Shown piece by piece: positions 12,801 through 26,747 of a stretch of 64,000 nucleotides of DNA (position 1 is its first letter; the number at the start of each line of letters is the position of its first letter). The translations under genes were made by a program, and so were the position numbers. The notes under the pieces were generated by a model. The model did no database searches and was not told where the DNA came from. It saw only the letters and a list, made by a program, of their open reading frames with translations. The stretch is from Camelus ferus (taxonomy: Eukaryota), in the NCBI RefSeq assembly GCF_009834535.1, contig NC_045696.1:116438001-116502000 (forward strand), read 5' to 3'.

Positions 12801-15800
12801 AAAGGAATGAATTCAATGAGCCCAAATGTTTGCTCCCTCCCACACATAGAAAAGGGCTAAATTCTTTAACTTGAGATGCCTGGTTTTCTTCAGTTAACAA
12901 GTAATCTTTTAATATTCCAACTACCTGGTCTTTGTTGTAAAACTCTTATGTATCTTAGCTCCTTCCCTACCTCTTTGGAGCGGTCCCTCAGAGCGATCTG
13001 AGAGGCTGTCATCCTGGCTCGAGTCCTCCCGCCAAATAAAACATAACTTTCAACTTTTAGGCTATGCATTTATTTCAGTCAACAATGGCCAGGTTCAAAG
13101 TGCAGACTATAAATAATTGAGTATGTTCATGTTGTGGAGCTTGGTGGAGAAACTATAGGGGAGGAAAAATAATTTCCCCTCACCTTCTGAGTTCTTGGCT
13201 GAGACTTCCTGAGACAAAAGACAGGTTAATAAGAGGAAAACAAACACATTTATTAACATGGAGACCTCATGTATACATGGGAGATACCCAGGAAAACTGA
13301 GTAATCCCCAAGATAGCCCAAGCCACCACTTTAAATACCATCTTTAGCTAAAGACAAAAAAATAAGATGTTGGGGCAAAAGTAGGGCCAGCTGTGGGAGG
13401 TTACCAGGGAAAGCATGCTAAACAAGGGTAAGATTTCTTATGTAGGTTAAATCAGTGCCTTCTCTACTGATAAAAGTTTCTGGCCACTTAGAATCAACCT
13501 TCTCTTTCTGGTACAGACAGGGAGACACCTTTATAAATGATTTCCTTTGTGAAATGTAAATGTTCCTTAGAAAAGGGTAATTTCAACTCTGTTTACAGAG
13601 CTTCTCTCATGTCTGCTGTTTCTTAAAATAATTGGTTCAAAATGATCCTTATCTCAAGGAGGCATATTTTGGGTGGCAAATTCTGCTCCCCTTCACACCT
13701 CAAACTGATGAACAGGCATCCTTAAGAACAACTGAAATAAAAAGAGATCCATGACTGAAGGAGATGGGGAGACATCACACATATTATGACACTGCAGACA
13801 GGAAACAGACACAATGGCTTCCATTTTTGTGTCCCAGTCAAATGGCCTGAGGACATCAAAACCTGATTACAGACCCTAATTTGCAATCAAATTACTTTTA
13901 CAGGGGGCAACTCTGTAAAGAATACCAAGGGCATTTCTGTCCAATAGAATGTTTACAATGGTAGAAACCTAGAGTACCCACTGTCAAACACGTGGAAGGG
14001 AAGCAGATGAGGGACAAGTAAAGTTATCTATCAGGCCATGGACTGATTGGTCCATCAGTCCATCCAAGTAAGTGAAGTAAGTGAAGTAAGCCAGAAAGAG
14101 AAAGAAAAATACCATATGATATCACTTATATGTGGAATCTTAAAAAAAAAAAAAGACACAAATAAACTTATTTACCAAATAGACTCACAGACATACAAAA
14201 CAAACTTATGGTACCAGAGGGGAAAGAGGGAAGGAAGGGATAAATTGGAGGTTCAAGATTTACAGATACTAACTACTATGTGTAAAATAGATAAACAACA
14301 ATGTCCTACTGTATAGCACAGGGAACTAGAGTTAATAACTTTTAATAGCCTATAATGAAAAAGAACATTTATTTATGTATAACTGAATCACTAGGCTGTA
14401 CACCAGAAACTAACACAACATTGTAAATTGACTACATCTTAATTTTAAAAACACTCAAAAAAAATTAAAATAAAAGAATGGCTGGAGATTCTATAACATG
14501 AATAGCAAAAGAAACTTTATGTTCCCTGATATCTCTGAGATTTCTTACCATTTCCAGCTGAATTAAAAAATCACTTGTAATTACCAGTACAGAAATCAAA
14601 TCAGTAACTTAAAAAATCACAACAAACAAAAGTCCAGGACCAAATGGCTTCACAGGCAAATTCTACCAAACATTTAGAGAAAAGTTAGCACCTATCCTTC
14701 TGAAACTATTCCAAAAAAGGAAGGAACACTTCCAAACTCATTCTATGATGCCACCATCAGCCTGATACCAAAATGAGACAAAAAAATCACAAAAAAAGAA
14801 AATTACAGGCCAATATCACTGATGAACATAGATGGAAAAATCCTCAGCAAAATATTAGCAAACTGTATCCAACAATACATGAAAAGGATCATATACTATG
14901 ATCAAATGGGAGTTATCCCAGGGATGCAAGGATTTTTCAATATCTGCAAATCAATCAGTGTGATACACCACATTAATAAAATGAAAAATAAAAACCATAT
15001 GATCATCTCAATAGGTCCATAAAAAAGTTTTCGATAAAATTCAACATCCATTTATGATAAAACCTCTCCAGAAAGTGGGCAAAGACAGAACATACCTCAA
15101 CATAATAAAGGCCATATATGACAAACCCACAGCTAACATCATACTCAGTGTTGACAAGGTGAAAGCATTTCCTCTAAGATCAGGAACAAGACAGGAAATC
15201 CCACTCTCGCCACTTTTATTCAACATAGTTTTGGAAGTCCTAGCAACAGCAATCAGAGAAGAAAAAGAAATTTAAAAAATCCAAACGGGAAAAACATGAA
15301 GTAAAACCTGTCATTGTTTACAGATGACATGATACTATACATAGAAAATCCTAAAGACATTACCAGAAAACTATTAGAGCTCATTAATGAATTTGGTAAA
15401 GTTTCAGGATACAAATTAATACATGGAAACCAGTTGCATTTCTATACACTAACAACAAAATATCAGAACAAGAAGTTAAGGAAACAATTCCATTTACTAG
15501 TGCATCAAAAAAAAAAACAAAAAACCTAGAAATAAACCTACCTAAGGAGACAAAGGACCTGTATGCCAAAAACTATAATAAGACACTGATGAAAAAATTG
15601 AAAGATGACACAAAATAGATGGAAAGATATATTGTGTTCTTGGATTGGAAGAATCAATATAATTAAAATGGCCATACTACCCAAGGCAATATATAGATTC
15701 AATGCAATCCCCATCAAATTATGAATTACATTCTTCACAGAACTGGAACAAAAAATGTTAAAATTTGTATGGAAACACAAAAGACCCTGAATAGCCAAAA

Positions 15801-18800
15801 CAGTTTTGAGAAAGAAGAATGGAACTGGAAGAATCACACTCCCTGGCTTCAGACTATACTACAAAGCTACAGTAATCAAAACAGTATGGTACCAGCACAA
15901 AAATAGACACATAGATCAATGGAACAGGATAGAAAGTCCAGAAATAAATCTACACACTTATAGTCAATTAATCTATGACAAAGGAGGCAAGAATATACAA
16001 TGGAAAAAAGTCTTCTCAATATGTGGTGCTGGGAAAACTCGACAGCTACCTGTAAAAGAATGAAATTAGAACATTCTCTAATTCCATATACAAAAATAAA
16101 CTCACAATGGATAAAGACCTAAATGTAAGACCAGATACTATAAAAATCCTAGAGGAAAACATAGGCAGAACACTCTTCAACATAAATTGCAGCAATATCT
16201 TTTTGAACCAGCTCCCAGAGTAATGTAAATAAAAGCAAAAATAAATAAATGAGACTTAATTAAACTTAAAAGGTTTTGCACAGCCAAGGATACCATTAAC
16301 AAAATGATAAGACAACCTACAGAATGGGAGAAAATATTTGCAAATGATGTGACCAACAAGGGACTAATTTCCAAAATATACAAACAGCTCACACAGCCTA
16401 ATATCAAAACAAACAAAACAAATAAACAAAGAACAAACAACCCAATAAAAAAATGAGCAGAAGACCTAAATAGACATCTCCCCACAGATGACATCCAGAT
16501 GGCCAACAGGCAGGCACATGAAAAGATGCTTAACATCACTAATTATTAGAGAAATGCAAATCAAAACTACAATGAAGTATCACCTCACACCAGTCAGAAT
16601 GGCTATCATTAAAAAGTCTACAAGTAATAAATGCTGGAGAGGGTGTGGAGAAAAAGGAACCCTCCTACACTACTGGTGGGAATGTAAATTGGTGCAGCCA
16701 CTATGAAGGTCAGTATGGAGCTTCCTTAAAAAACTAAAAATAGACTTACCATATGATCCAGCAAGCCCACTACTGGGTATCTATCCAGAAGGAACTCTAA
16801 TTTGAACAGACACATGCACCCCAATGTTCATAGCAGCACTATTTACAATAACCAAGACATGGAAACAACTTAAATGTCCATTTACAGATGAATGGATACA
16901 AAATATGTGGTACACATATACAATGGAATACTACTCAGCCATAAAAAAGAAAAATAATGCTATTTGCAGCAACATGGATGGACCTGGAGATTGTCATTCT
17001 ACGTGAAATAAGTCAGAAAGAAAAAGAAAAATGCCATATATTGCTTATATGTGGAATCTAAAAAAAGACACAAATGAACTTATTTACAAAACAGAAACAG
17101 ACTTGCAGACATAGAAAACAAACTTACCAGGGGGTAAAGGAGGTGGGAAAGGATAAATTGGGAGTTTGAGATTTGCAGATACTAACTGCCATATATAAAA
17201 CAGATAACATGGTTATACTGTATAGAACAGGGAACTATATTCAATATCTTGTAGTAACCTATAATGAAAAAGAATATGAAAACAAATATATGTACTTATA
17301 TGTATGACTGAAACATTATGCTGTACATGCAAAATTGACACATCGTAAACTGACTATACTTCAATAAAAAAGAATGCAAAAAAAATTTGTACTTCTCCTC
17401 CCTTTTTCCCGACCTGCTTCAGCCCAAGTTAGAATACAGCCCCTTTCCTTCTTTACACCAGGTTCTCCTTCTATCACATAGCTATGTAAGTAGAATTTAC
17501 CCAAGATTTGGCATTAAGGCTGGGCTGCTCATCCCTGGCCAGTTTCTCATCTTGGGCTTCCTGGCCTCTCACATTGTTACTGGATCTTGCTCTTCTCACA
17601 CCTTTTCTCAATCTATCTATCATTCCCCTTCTTCCTTCCTTAGTCTATCCCAACAATAGTTTATATTTTCTCCCATTTTTTTAGCAAAGCAATTAACCTC
17701 TCTGTCTGACCATGTCTGTGGGCTTCCTCTTTGATACTCAGAGATATCATCAAGATACTCGCATAATCCTTGATGGCTCTCCCTCTAAGAGGAATTCTGC
17801 ACTTGATATTTAACGTAATAAAGAAGTTCATCTGCCCATCTATATCCATCTGTCCATATTGTCATCCAGCCACCCCTCCTTTTAGCTAATCTGTCCACCC
17901 ACGTGCTGCCACCTACACATTCATCCATCCACCCAACTCTCACTCAACCTCTCTGCTTTTTTCTGTCCTCACCCATTCCGCCCCATCCCCCTCCAGAGAC
18001 CTCGAACACTCTTTACAGGAAGTTTCTTTCTTTCAGTTTTTAAAGAGAAACTTATGCTTTGCAGAAATAACTATCAGCTGCCTTGAAATGATAAGGGGAA
18101 ATAGTTAAGAGGTACATTGCTGGGAATGAAGAGTTATTATCTTTGCTTGGGCAAAGGAAGGACAGATAAGACTCAAGTTAGAATCAAGTGAACAAAGCCA
18201 AGTGAGATTTGGGCCATTTATGGAAGGAGCTTGGCCAGGGGTGACGTTTGCAAGTGCCAAAAGTTAAGAGCCTTGGTGGAAATGTAAACCCCAGGCAAAT
18301 GCACCCACACGCACTCAGAAATATCTAACACTTTATCTAGAACTTTAGCTTGACTTCAGCCTACTCTCACTGTACTAATGATCACAGGACAGCCGATAAT
18401 TAACCTGTGAACGATGATAAGATTATTTCTGAAAGTTGAATTCCTCAGCATGTCACAGAGGTCCTGTAATTGGATGGATCACTGAGAATGCACTGTAAAA
18501 AAAAAAAGCATTTGAATATATGCAGCATCTAATGTTTATATTCTACATGAGGATTGCTTTCAATTTGCTATTTGTGCTTACTATTTTTCTTAATTGTGTT
18601 AAGTAGTTGAAAGTAACTTTGTAGCACCAGAATCATAGACCAAATTTGAAATACATTCCATTCTTCAAAACTCTCCCCCTCTACTCTGACAATGACCAAT
18701 TATTGCTTATTTTTCCCTTAGGCAGGAAAAGTTCTTCCGATTGGGTACAGAGTTGCAAGCTGCTTGACTGAAAAACTTCCCAGGGTGAGTGTTTTCAATA

Positions 18801-21800
18801 TGCATCTGTGTGAACATAAGAGAAATGATTTTCAACATTTCTTGTGAAAGCTGTGTAAATTTAATGTGATCAATTTGGATTTTTTTTTTTAAACTGTACT
18901 TTGAGGCCCTCTATTGAGTTTGTCCAAGAAAGTGAAAATTCCAGGCTTACAATCTCCAGCTCTACTAAAATTAGTGGAGATTCCATTTATTTTTGATAGG
19001 AAAGTTATTTATGGTATGCTTCCTAACCTGGATACTGACTGTTTTCTGAATACAACTTCTAAAATATGTTGTTTATTTTCACTACAAAAGAAAATTTAGG
19101 ATGTTTCATTATTTGGGACTGTGGTTCCCCATGTACTTACTACACTCATGTAAAGAAAGGTGTTCACTGACTGGTATAGATCATTCTTGCTAATATCGAA
19201 ACAACTGTACTTGATAATCCTATTTTTTTGTCTCACTGTTTGTAGCCAGTGACCCCACCTGAGGCAAAAAAATTTTTCAACTTCAGATATCCACCTGCTG
19301 GAGCCGAAAGAGTATTTTACAGGCAGAGCAAATGATCCTCAAATCGCACCTTGTTTGACACACGGCATAAGATCTAAAATTTCAATACCGGTAACTTCCT
19401 TTCTATTATTCCCTGTACCTTAATAACTTACTAAGGTGAAAATGCAAAACGAGGTGTTAGTGAAATCATCGGTCCCAATCTCTTTCCCACTCTTAGTCCT
19501 GGGCAGTGAAAAAAAACCCCAAGCAATGGCAGCCAAGAGAGTGTAGAAAAATCAATGGTTTGAGCCACAAACTATACATTCTCCCTTCAGATAATAAAAG
19601 CTGAGTTGCACTTCATTTTCTCACAGTAGCGAGAGATGCTGTCAAGGTTTGTTACAGGACAGTGCGGACAAAGGCTGGGCGATGCTACCTAGAGGCACTG
19701 AGCATGCTTATACATGCACTGAATGCGTGCAGGGTCTCGGTGTTCAATCAGTGACTGAATGGACAGTCCAGGGTCAGAAGACCTGATTTCATCTCTGGAG
19801 GGCACTTGTGGGAATCATGGGATTCTTGTGCTTGTCATTCCCACTTTTCTGGAAGATTTGAGTTGAGTAACCAGCGAGCTGGCCTCATAAACCTTTTAGC
19901 CCCAGTGCAAAGCCACGTTTCAACATGTTTAAGCTGCATAGTCCCACTTCTGACAGCTCATTTGAAGGTAAGCAAAGGCAATGCTAAGGAAATGTTTTCC
20001 CACAATCCTGTCCTCTTCTCCCCGGGTATTGATTGGAGTTTCAGTTTTCAGATTTTTACCTTTTTGTTGTTGTTGTTGTGGCATCTTTGCTTTGTATGAT
20101 TTCTTTAGGCAAAGGTATTGATAAACCCACAGCCAATTACAACATTTCAACAGAAAATTAAAGATAAAAAGGAATCAGTATATTTTAGCAGTCGACGAGC
20201 ACCGCTGGGAAAATCTCACGATCAGACGCCGGGATTACCCAAAGGCCTGGATACACTCAATACGACGTTTGGGACAGCAGTCGTCAGAGGTAGTGAAAAA
20301 GTAAGGGGTGGGGTGGTGGTGATGAAAGAAGTTTTCTTAGAAAATAGGATTATATATCCTATTGGGATGGTGTTCAGTGCAGGTGTAAATTATGATTCAA
20401 GAATGAAAGATGGGGTCGGAGCAAGAAAGTTACTCTCAGACCCAGAAGCCTTAGGGTTTACGTGTGTCAAGGCAGTGAAATGTCAGGGTTTGGAGAGGTG
20501 ACTCATGGGGCAGAGTAGAGGTGGTATAAAGGCAGGAAAAAGACCCAGGGAAGTGGACACTGGGGCCAACTGTGAGGGCTGTTACCCGCTACCACCCCCC
20601 ATCTATTTGTGTGATTTATTACACACCAATGCCTCTGATGTGTTCATAAGTCTTAACCCTTTTTTTTTTTTTAATGGAGGTACTGGGGATTGAACCCAGG
20701 ACCTCGTGTATGCTAAGCAGGTGCTCTACCACTGAGCTGTTACCCTCCCCCATAACTGTTAACTCTTCGTGAACCTGCTGTTTCATACAACAGACCACGA
20801 AACAGATAAGTTTGGTAAATTCTGCATACTGTACTCATTCATGCAGATCCGTGATGTCTACCTGCATATTAACCAAACAGGCAGATCCCCCTTTCATTTT
20901 GAGAGGGAGCAGAGCACATCTTTCAATAAAGGACTTAGAATAGAACTGGTCACAGGTCATTATTTCTTCTGAACGCAGCTCTTGCCACGTTGTTGGGTGC
21001 TCTCCTTGACACCTTTTTTTCACGTTTACCCAGTTCTCCTAGCCTCTTCAGGTACCTCATCCTTCCCTCCAGATTAAAAGAAAAAAAATTCCATTTTTCT
21101 TTTTCATTCTGCAGAGGAATTCACTTCTCTCTTTGTCTTTCTGCATCCATTAAGGCTCTGTTCCAGGAACTATATCATTTATTTTTTTTTTTCCACCAAA
21201 AGGCCCATTAGATTATTTTCCTTAACATAGTGACATACATTCTGGAGATAAATGATGCCTTTCTCTTGGGATGAAAAATCTGCAGTACGACTTTATTGTA
21301 TTAGATCTAAAGTTAACATTTGTTAAACTTTGGAACAGGAAAAATGTATTTTAGAATGGGTAAAATATCTGTTTTTCTTTTAAGTGGGATTAAGAATTGT
21401 ATTTAAGCAGACGTGGCATTACAGTATTTCACTGATTATATCATAATGGCTATCTGGGATTAGTTCATTTAATATGGAAAGTACTGTCTAGATGTGCCTC
21501 ATTTAAATATGCAATAGAAGGAATGTTCCAAAATGTTATGTGTATATGTGTATCAACAGGTGTAATGGTTCATGTATCATAAAGAAGCACTGATTTACAG
21601 ATTATTCTGAGTCACAAAACCTTTTGGTATTCTTAAATGTTTGTTTACAGACCCCAATTCTTGGGAGAAAGTCAATAGAAAGAAAACATCTTAATATATG
21701 TCGTTAGGTTGAAAGAGAAGACTTGAAATTGTAAATGGAATTATATTTAAAAATCATTACATAAAACAATAAAAATAAAATAATTCACTGGATATAAAAT

Positions 21801-24800
21801 CCCCAGGACCACAGTCCTGGGAGAGCAACTGTTCCACCTGCTCCAGGTTTGGGACTAGTAGGAAGAAGAATTTCTTCCTGATTTCAGTGATTACTCTGGC
21901 ACTTTCAGTTACTTTGAAGATGGATATTCACATCAAAGCAGATTAAGGGTGTGTGCTCCAGTCTACAGCTGGTAAAATTTGCATGAAGTTTTCCCAACAG
22001 GTCATCCGGGTTTCTGAAACTGATTTGTGATTCAAATTTGCCTAGAGCATCTTGGGAAGTCTGTAGCAAACTAAAATAAAAATTGTCCAGAGATTCCAAA
22101 TTGGGCTTGGAATATGGCTCAGGACAACTAAAGTGGTTAACTGATACAGAGTTCTGACATTCTTCAGAATTCTAGAGAGTGAGCCTGTTCGAGTGTGGGT
22201 CCCTAAGACAGCAAACATCTGGGCTATTCCTGTCTTTCTTGATAAATCTTTGTGCTGGCTTTGTGCCCATGTAGCTTATGCAATCAGCATACCTAGTTTG
22301 TCATTTGCTCTAGTTGATTTAAATGTTATAAACAGATAATCTGTTATAACAGATACATGTTACTATATATAAAACAGATAAGCTACAAGGACCTACCATA
22401 TATAGCACAGGGAACTATATTCAATATCTTGGGGTAACCTACAATGAAAAAGAATATGAAAAGGAATATCTGTCTGTATACATATAAGTGAAACATTATG
22501 CTGTATACCAGAAATGGACACATTGTAACTGCCTATACTTCAATTAAAAAAAGTTTTAAAAGAATTTGAAAAAAAAGTATGTATATGTATAAATGAATTG
22601 CTTTGCTGTACACCTGAAACTAACATTGTAAATTAACTGTACTTCAATAAAAAATAAAATTTTTTAAAAAGAGAAAAAAATACGAGGAAAAATACCTTAA
22701 AAGTGATTTCATTAATTCTTCCTTCAGGATTATCCGCTAAAGATGTGGTGAATCCACCAAAATCCTATAAAGAAGTATTTGAAGAAGGACAGGAAGGACA
22801 CGACCTGTATATTGTTTCTCACAATGATTATTATGTAGGTAAGTGTCCTCGTGTGTGAAACAGGCCTGAGCACATGAGACTCTCAGGAATGTGAAGACAA
22901 ACAGAGGAGATAATGGGCTTAAAGTTAAAAGCCTGACATATATAGGTGATCAATAAAAATAACATATTATTTATAGGTTATTAGTCCCGATAGCTGGGAA
23001 CACATACACCTATGCATTTTGTGCATTAAATGCAGAAAAATATGTATCACCAAAATGATAAAACAGCTAAGAAAGATTAAATGTTAGTCTAATCTTGTTT
23101 TAGTGGCTTTAGGCTTAAAAAATACCACTCTTATTCAAATGTCAGGATTATTCGAAGTGCTTTATAGGAGGAATGTTAGATAGTGATCAAGTGCAGAAAT
23201 TTTTGAATCCAATCAGATTCAAGTCCTAGCTTGTCCCTTTATTATCTTTTAGACTTTGAATTTTTTACTTATCACAATCCATTTTAATTTATTTAGTAGG
23301 AATAATAATACTGTGAGGATTAAGTGAGTGCCTGAAAAATGCTTGGCATAATGCCTGGCACATAGCAAGGGCTCAGTAACTATTAGCTGTTATTACTATT
23401 ATTACATGACCTTGACTTGAAGTAGCCTATTGCTGGAATTATTCTGTAGCATAACTAAAAGGCAATGGATGTCTAAGTGCTGTAGCCTACAATTTAATTG
23501 CTGACGTCTTGATGCCAGGTAAAATCCTTTCATCATTTATATTTATCTTTCTCCTACATCATGTTTCCATTCACTTTCCAAATATTAACACAAGGAATTC
23601 TTGTCCCACCAGTCCTCCCCCGTCACGTGGGAGCAGGCCTCTGTCGTCTGTGCCCAAATGCTTGCAGTCTCCTGCGCTGTTACAATTTCATTCTTTGTCT
23701 CACTCTCATTTTCATTGTCAATGAGAACATAACGTGCTTCATGCAAGATAAGGTTAGTTCTGTTGCTTAAGTCAGAAGTCTCCCCTCCTCCCCTTTTATT
23801 TTTCACAGGAGAAGCAAAGAACCGAAAGTATAACCCATCAAGTTTTCATAGGTTTAACTTGTATGGGGTCCCAACACCACATTTTAATGATGGACGAAAC
23901 ATGGCAAAAACGTTATATTGGCTTCAGGAACTACAAATGTAAGTTTAAGTATATTGTGTCTTGGAACAAGTGTTAGATATATGGCATATGGACTTAAAGA
24001 AAAGTTTATTTATTAAATTTATTTTTTGAAGAGGTAACGCACTGACGTGGTTCAAACATAAAATAACAGAAAAAGATGCACAGTGATATGTCTTCCGAAC
24101 TATCTAGTTCCCCCAAAGATAACTATGATACTGTTTTGTGTGTGTGTGTTTGAGTGTACATTGTGTATGTGTGATTCTAAAGTTACTTTATGCCTTTTCA
24201 GCAGGTCTGAAGACACACATGACTTTTTTTTACCTGAGGTATAGTCAGTTGACAATGTGTCAATCTTTGGTGGACAGCATAATGTTTCAGTCATGCATAC
24301 ACATACATATATTCCTTTTCATATTCTTTTTCATTATAGGTTACTACAAGATAGAGATTAGAGTTCCCTGTACTATATACAGTAGAAACTTGTTTATCTA
24401 TTTATAGATAGTAGTATCTGCAAATCTCGAACTCCCAATTTATCCCTTTCCACCCCTCTTTCCCCCTGGTAACCACAAGTTTGTTTTCTACATACACGAA
24501 CGTTTTTAATCTATGGGATCAACTCTGTTATGTTTCTTAAAGATGGTGGGCTTTCAAATCTCTACAAACATGTCCCACGTAACTGACCTGTCATCTGTCG
24601 TTCAGCTCTGTTTAATAGAGATTTGAGCGCCTGAGTATCTGACTTAACTCTGCAAACTGTGACCTCTTTATGCCTGCATTCTATATATGACCACTTTCTT
24701 AAGAAATTAAAATAAAATTTCTTAGTTTTCCACTTCTTGTCTTATATTTTATATCTAAGTCAACAAATATTGGGAGATTACTCACAAAATCCGTATTTCC

Positions 24801-26688
24801 TACTATGCTTAAAAAAATCAGAAGACTGAAAATACTGAACAGTGGCCCTGAAAGATTTATCCATATTCTAATTCCCAGAACCTATGAATGTTATCTTATG
24901 TGGGAAAAGGGTCTTTGCAAATGCAACTAAGTTAAAGATTCTGAGCTGAAGAGACCACTCTGGGTTATGTGGGTGGGCCCTGAGTCCAGTGACAGGTGTC
25001 CTTATAAGGAAAAGGCAGAGGGAGACTGGAGACAGAAGAGAGACATACGGGAGAGAAGACGCTATGAAGACAGAGGAGACTGTGATGATGTGGCATCAAG
25101 CCAAGGAAGTCCAAAGGATGCCCACAGCCTCCAGATGCTGGAAGAAGCAATGAACAGATTCTCCCCCCGAGCCTCTGGGGGGAGTGCAGCCTGATCTCAG
25201 ACTCGGTCTCCAGTACTGTGAGAGAACTCACCTTTCTCTTGCGTCAAGCCACATGTTTGTGGTAATTTGTTCTAGCAACCACAGGAAATGAATATACCGG
25301 GCCTGCATTTCTATACATCAGTGGTGGGAGTGGATTACTTTTGCCCTTTGCTCTCTTTAAAGGATATACCGGCCCTCCAAGTTTCCACAGGCCCCTGTGT
25401 GCACACAGACTTTGCGTTCCCTCGGGCACCTGGCCTGCTTTGCTCATTTGCCTGTGTGGTCGCTGCGGTCACACCTCCCGGTTACTGAGGCAAAGTGCTA
25501 AGTACTTTATATATTATCGATTTCATCCTACCAACAACTCGACGGGGTAGGTGTACTATACTTTTTATCCCTTCTATTTTACAGATGAAGAAACTGAGGT
25601 AAGAGAAGTTAAATCATCTGCCCAAGATCATGCAGCTAAGAAGTACTGGAGGAGGAATGCAACCTGGCAGTGTGTTTCCAGAGGCTGCCCCTAACCAGTA
25701 CATCAGCTTTATAGGCATTTGACCCTGTGATCACAGGCCTCAAATATTGATTTCCAGTCTCCTTCTACTCCTTTATTATATGAGTTTCTAATACTTGAAT
25801 TATTCAAAACAATAATGGTAAAACACAAACACAGGTGAAATTCTTAAAATATTATAGTAAACCCACATGAAAAGTAAACCCAGACACAACATTATAAAAT
25901 GACTATAACTCAATAAAAAAATGTTTATATATTAAAAAGTAAAAGTAAACCCAGTTTTCTTTAGGGTAACAGAAGAGCTCATAAAACAAATATTCATTAA
26001 TTTATCATGATTAGAGTGGTTAAACCATATGTAAAGGAAAACATGAAGAAACAATTAAAATATTTGACTGTAGATATTTATAATTCAATAAAATGTTGAA
26101 ATTGATATTTAAAGGGAGATAACAAATATGGTTTACCCATTTCTGAAAGCTTAGAAATATAAACCTGCTATCAATTTATAAAAGATACGAAATAAACACA
26201 ATGACAATGTAGTCCTTAAGAAAGTCCTAAGAGCAGAGCCTTTGGTCATGAACAAGGACATATTTATCAATGACTTGGGGTAGTCATAGAAAAACACACT
26301 GAATTTATAAAAGCAGGCAGTATGTAAGATACATTTCCCTCCAATTTGTCTCTACCCCCAAGGAAACATCATTGATGGAACAATGTTTTATTTGATCATA
26401 CTTTCTGTATTTCAAAACTTAGTTGGAAAATTGCTGCTGAAACAATAGAGATTATTCTCCTGGTTTGCTGGATTTTAAAAAGAACTTACTATTTCATTCT
26501 TCAATGTGATTTCTATTATAAACTTGGAGCTAAGCGTGTTTATTTACCTCTCAATTTGACATGCACCATTTTATTTCATTTACTCTTAACTTTGAAGGGA
26601 TGTATTTCTTCCATAAAACTATCTCTATCTATATTCTGTTTGTGACTTTTGGTCTGAAGAATCATTTAGAATCTTGAAACGGTAGGCG

Positions 26689-26747
<59 letters not shown>

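Noticed and set aside
14822..17006. Reverse-transcriptase-like ORFs as a functional RT gene or novel system
   Set aside because: Frameshifted, 5'-truncated L1 ORF2; an ordinary repeat
19246..19252. Alternative acceptor CAG ending at 19249, in register with the downstream half of exon 3
   Set aside because: The first codon would be TGA (19250-19252)
20290..20306. Alternative exon-4 donor (GTAAGG at 20301, +11 nt) as compensation for the +1 frameshift
   Set aside because: The shifted frame already terminates at 19333-19335, before exon 4
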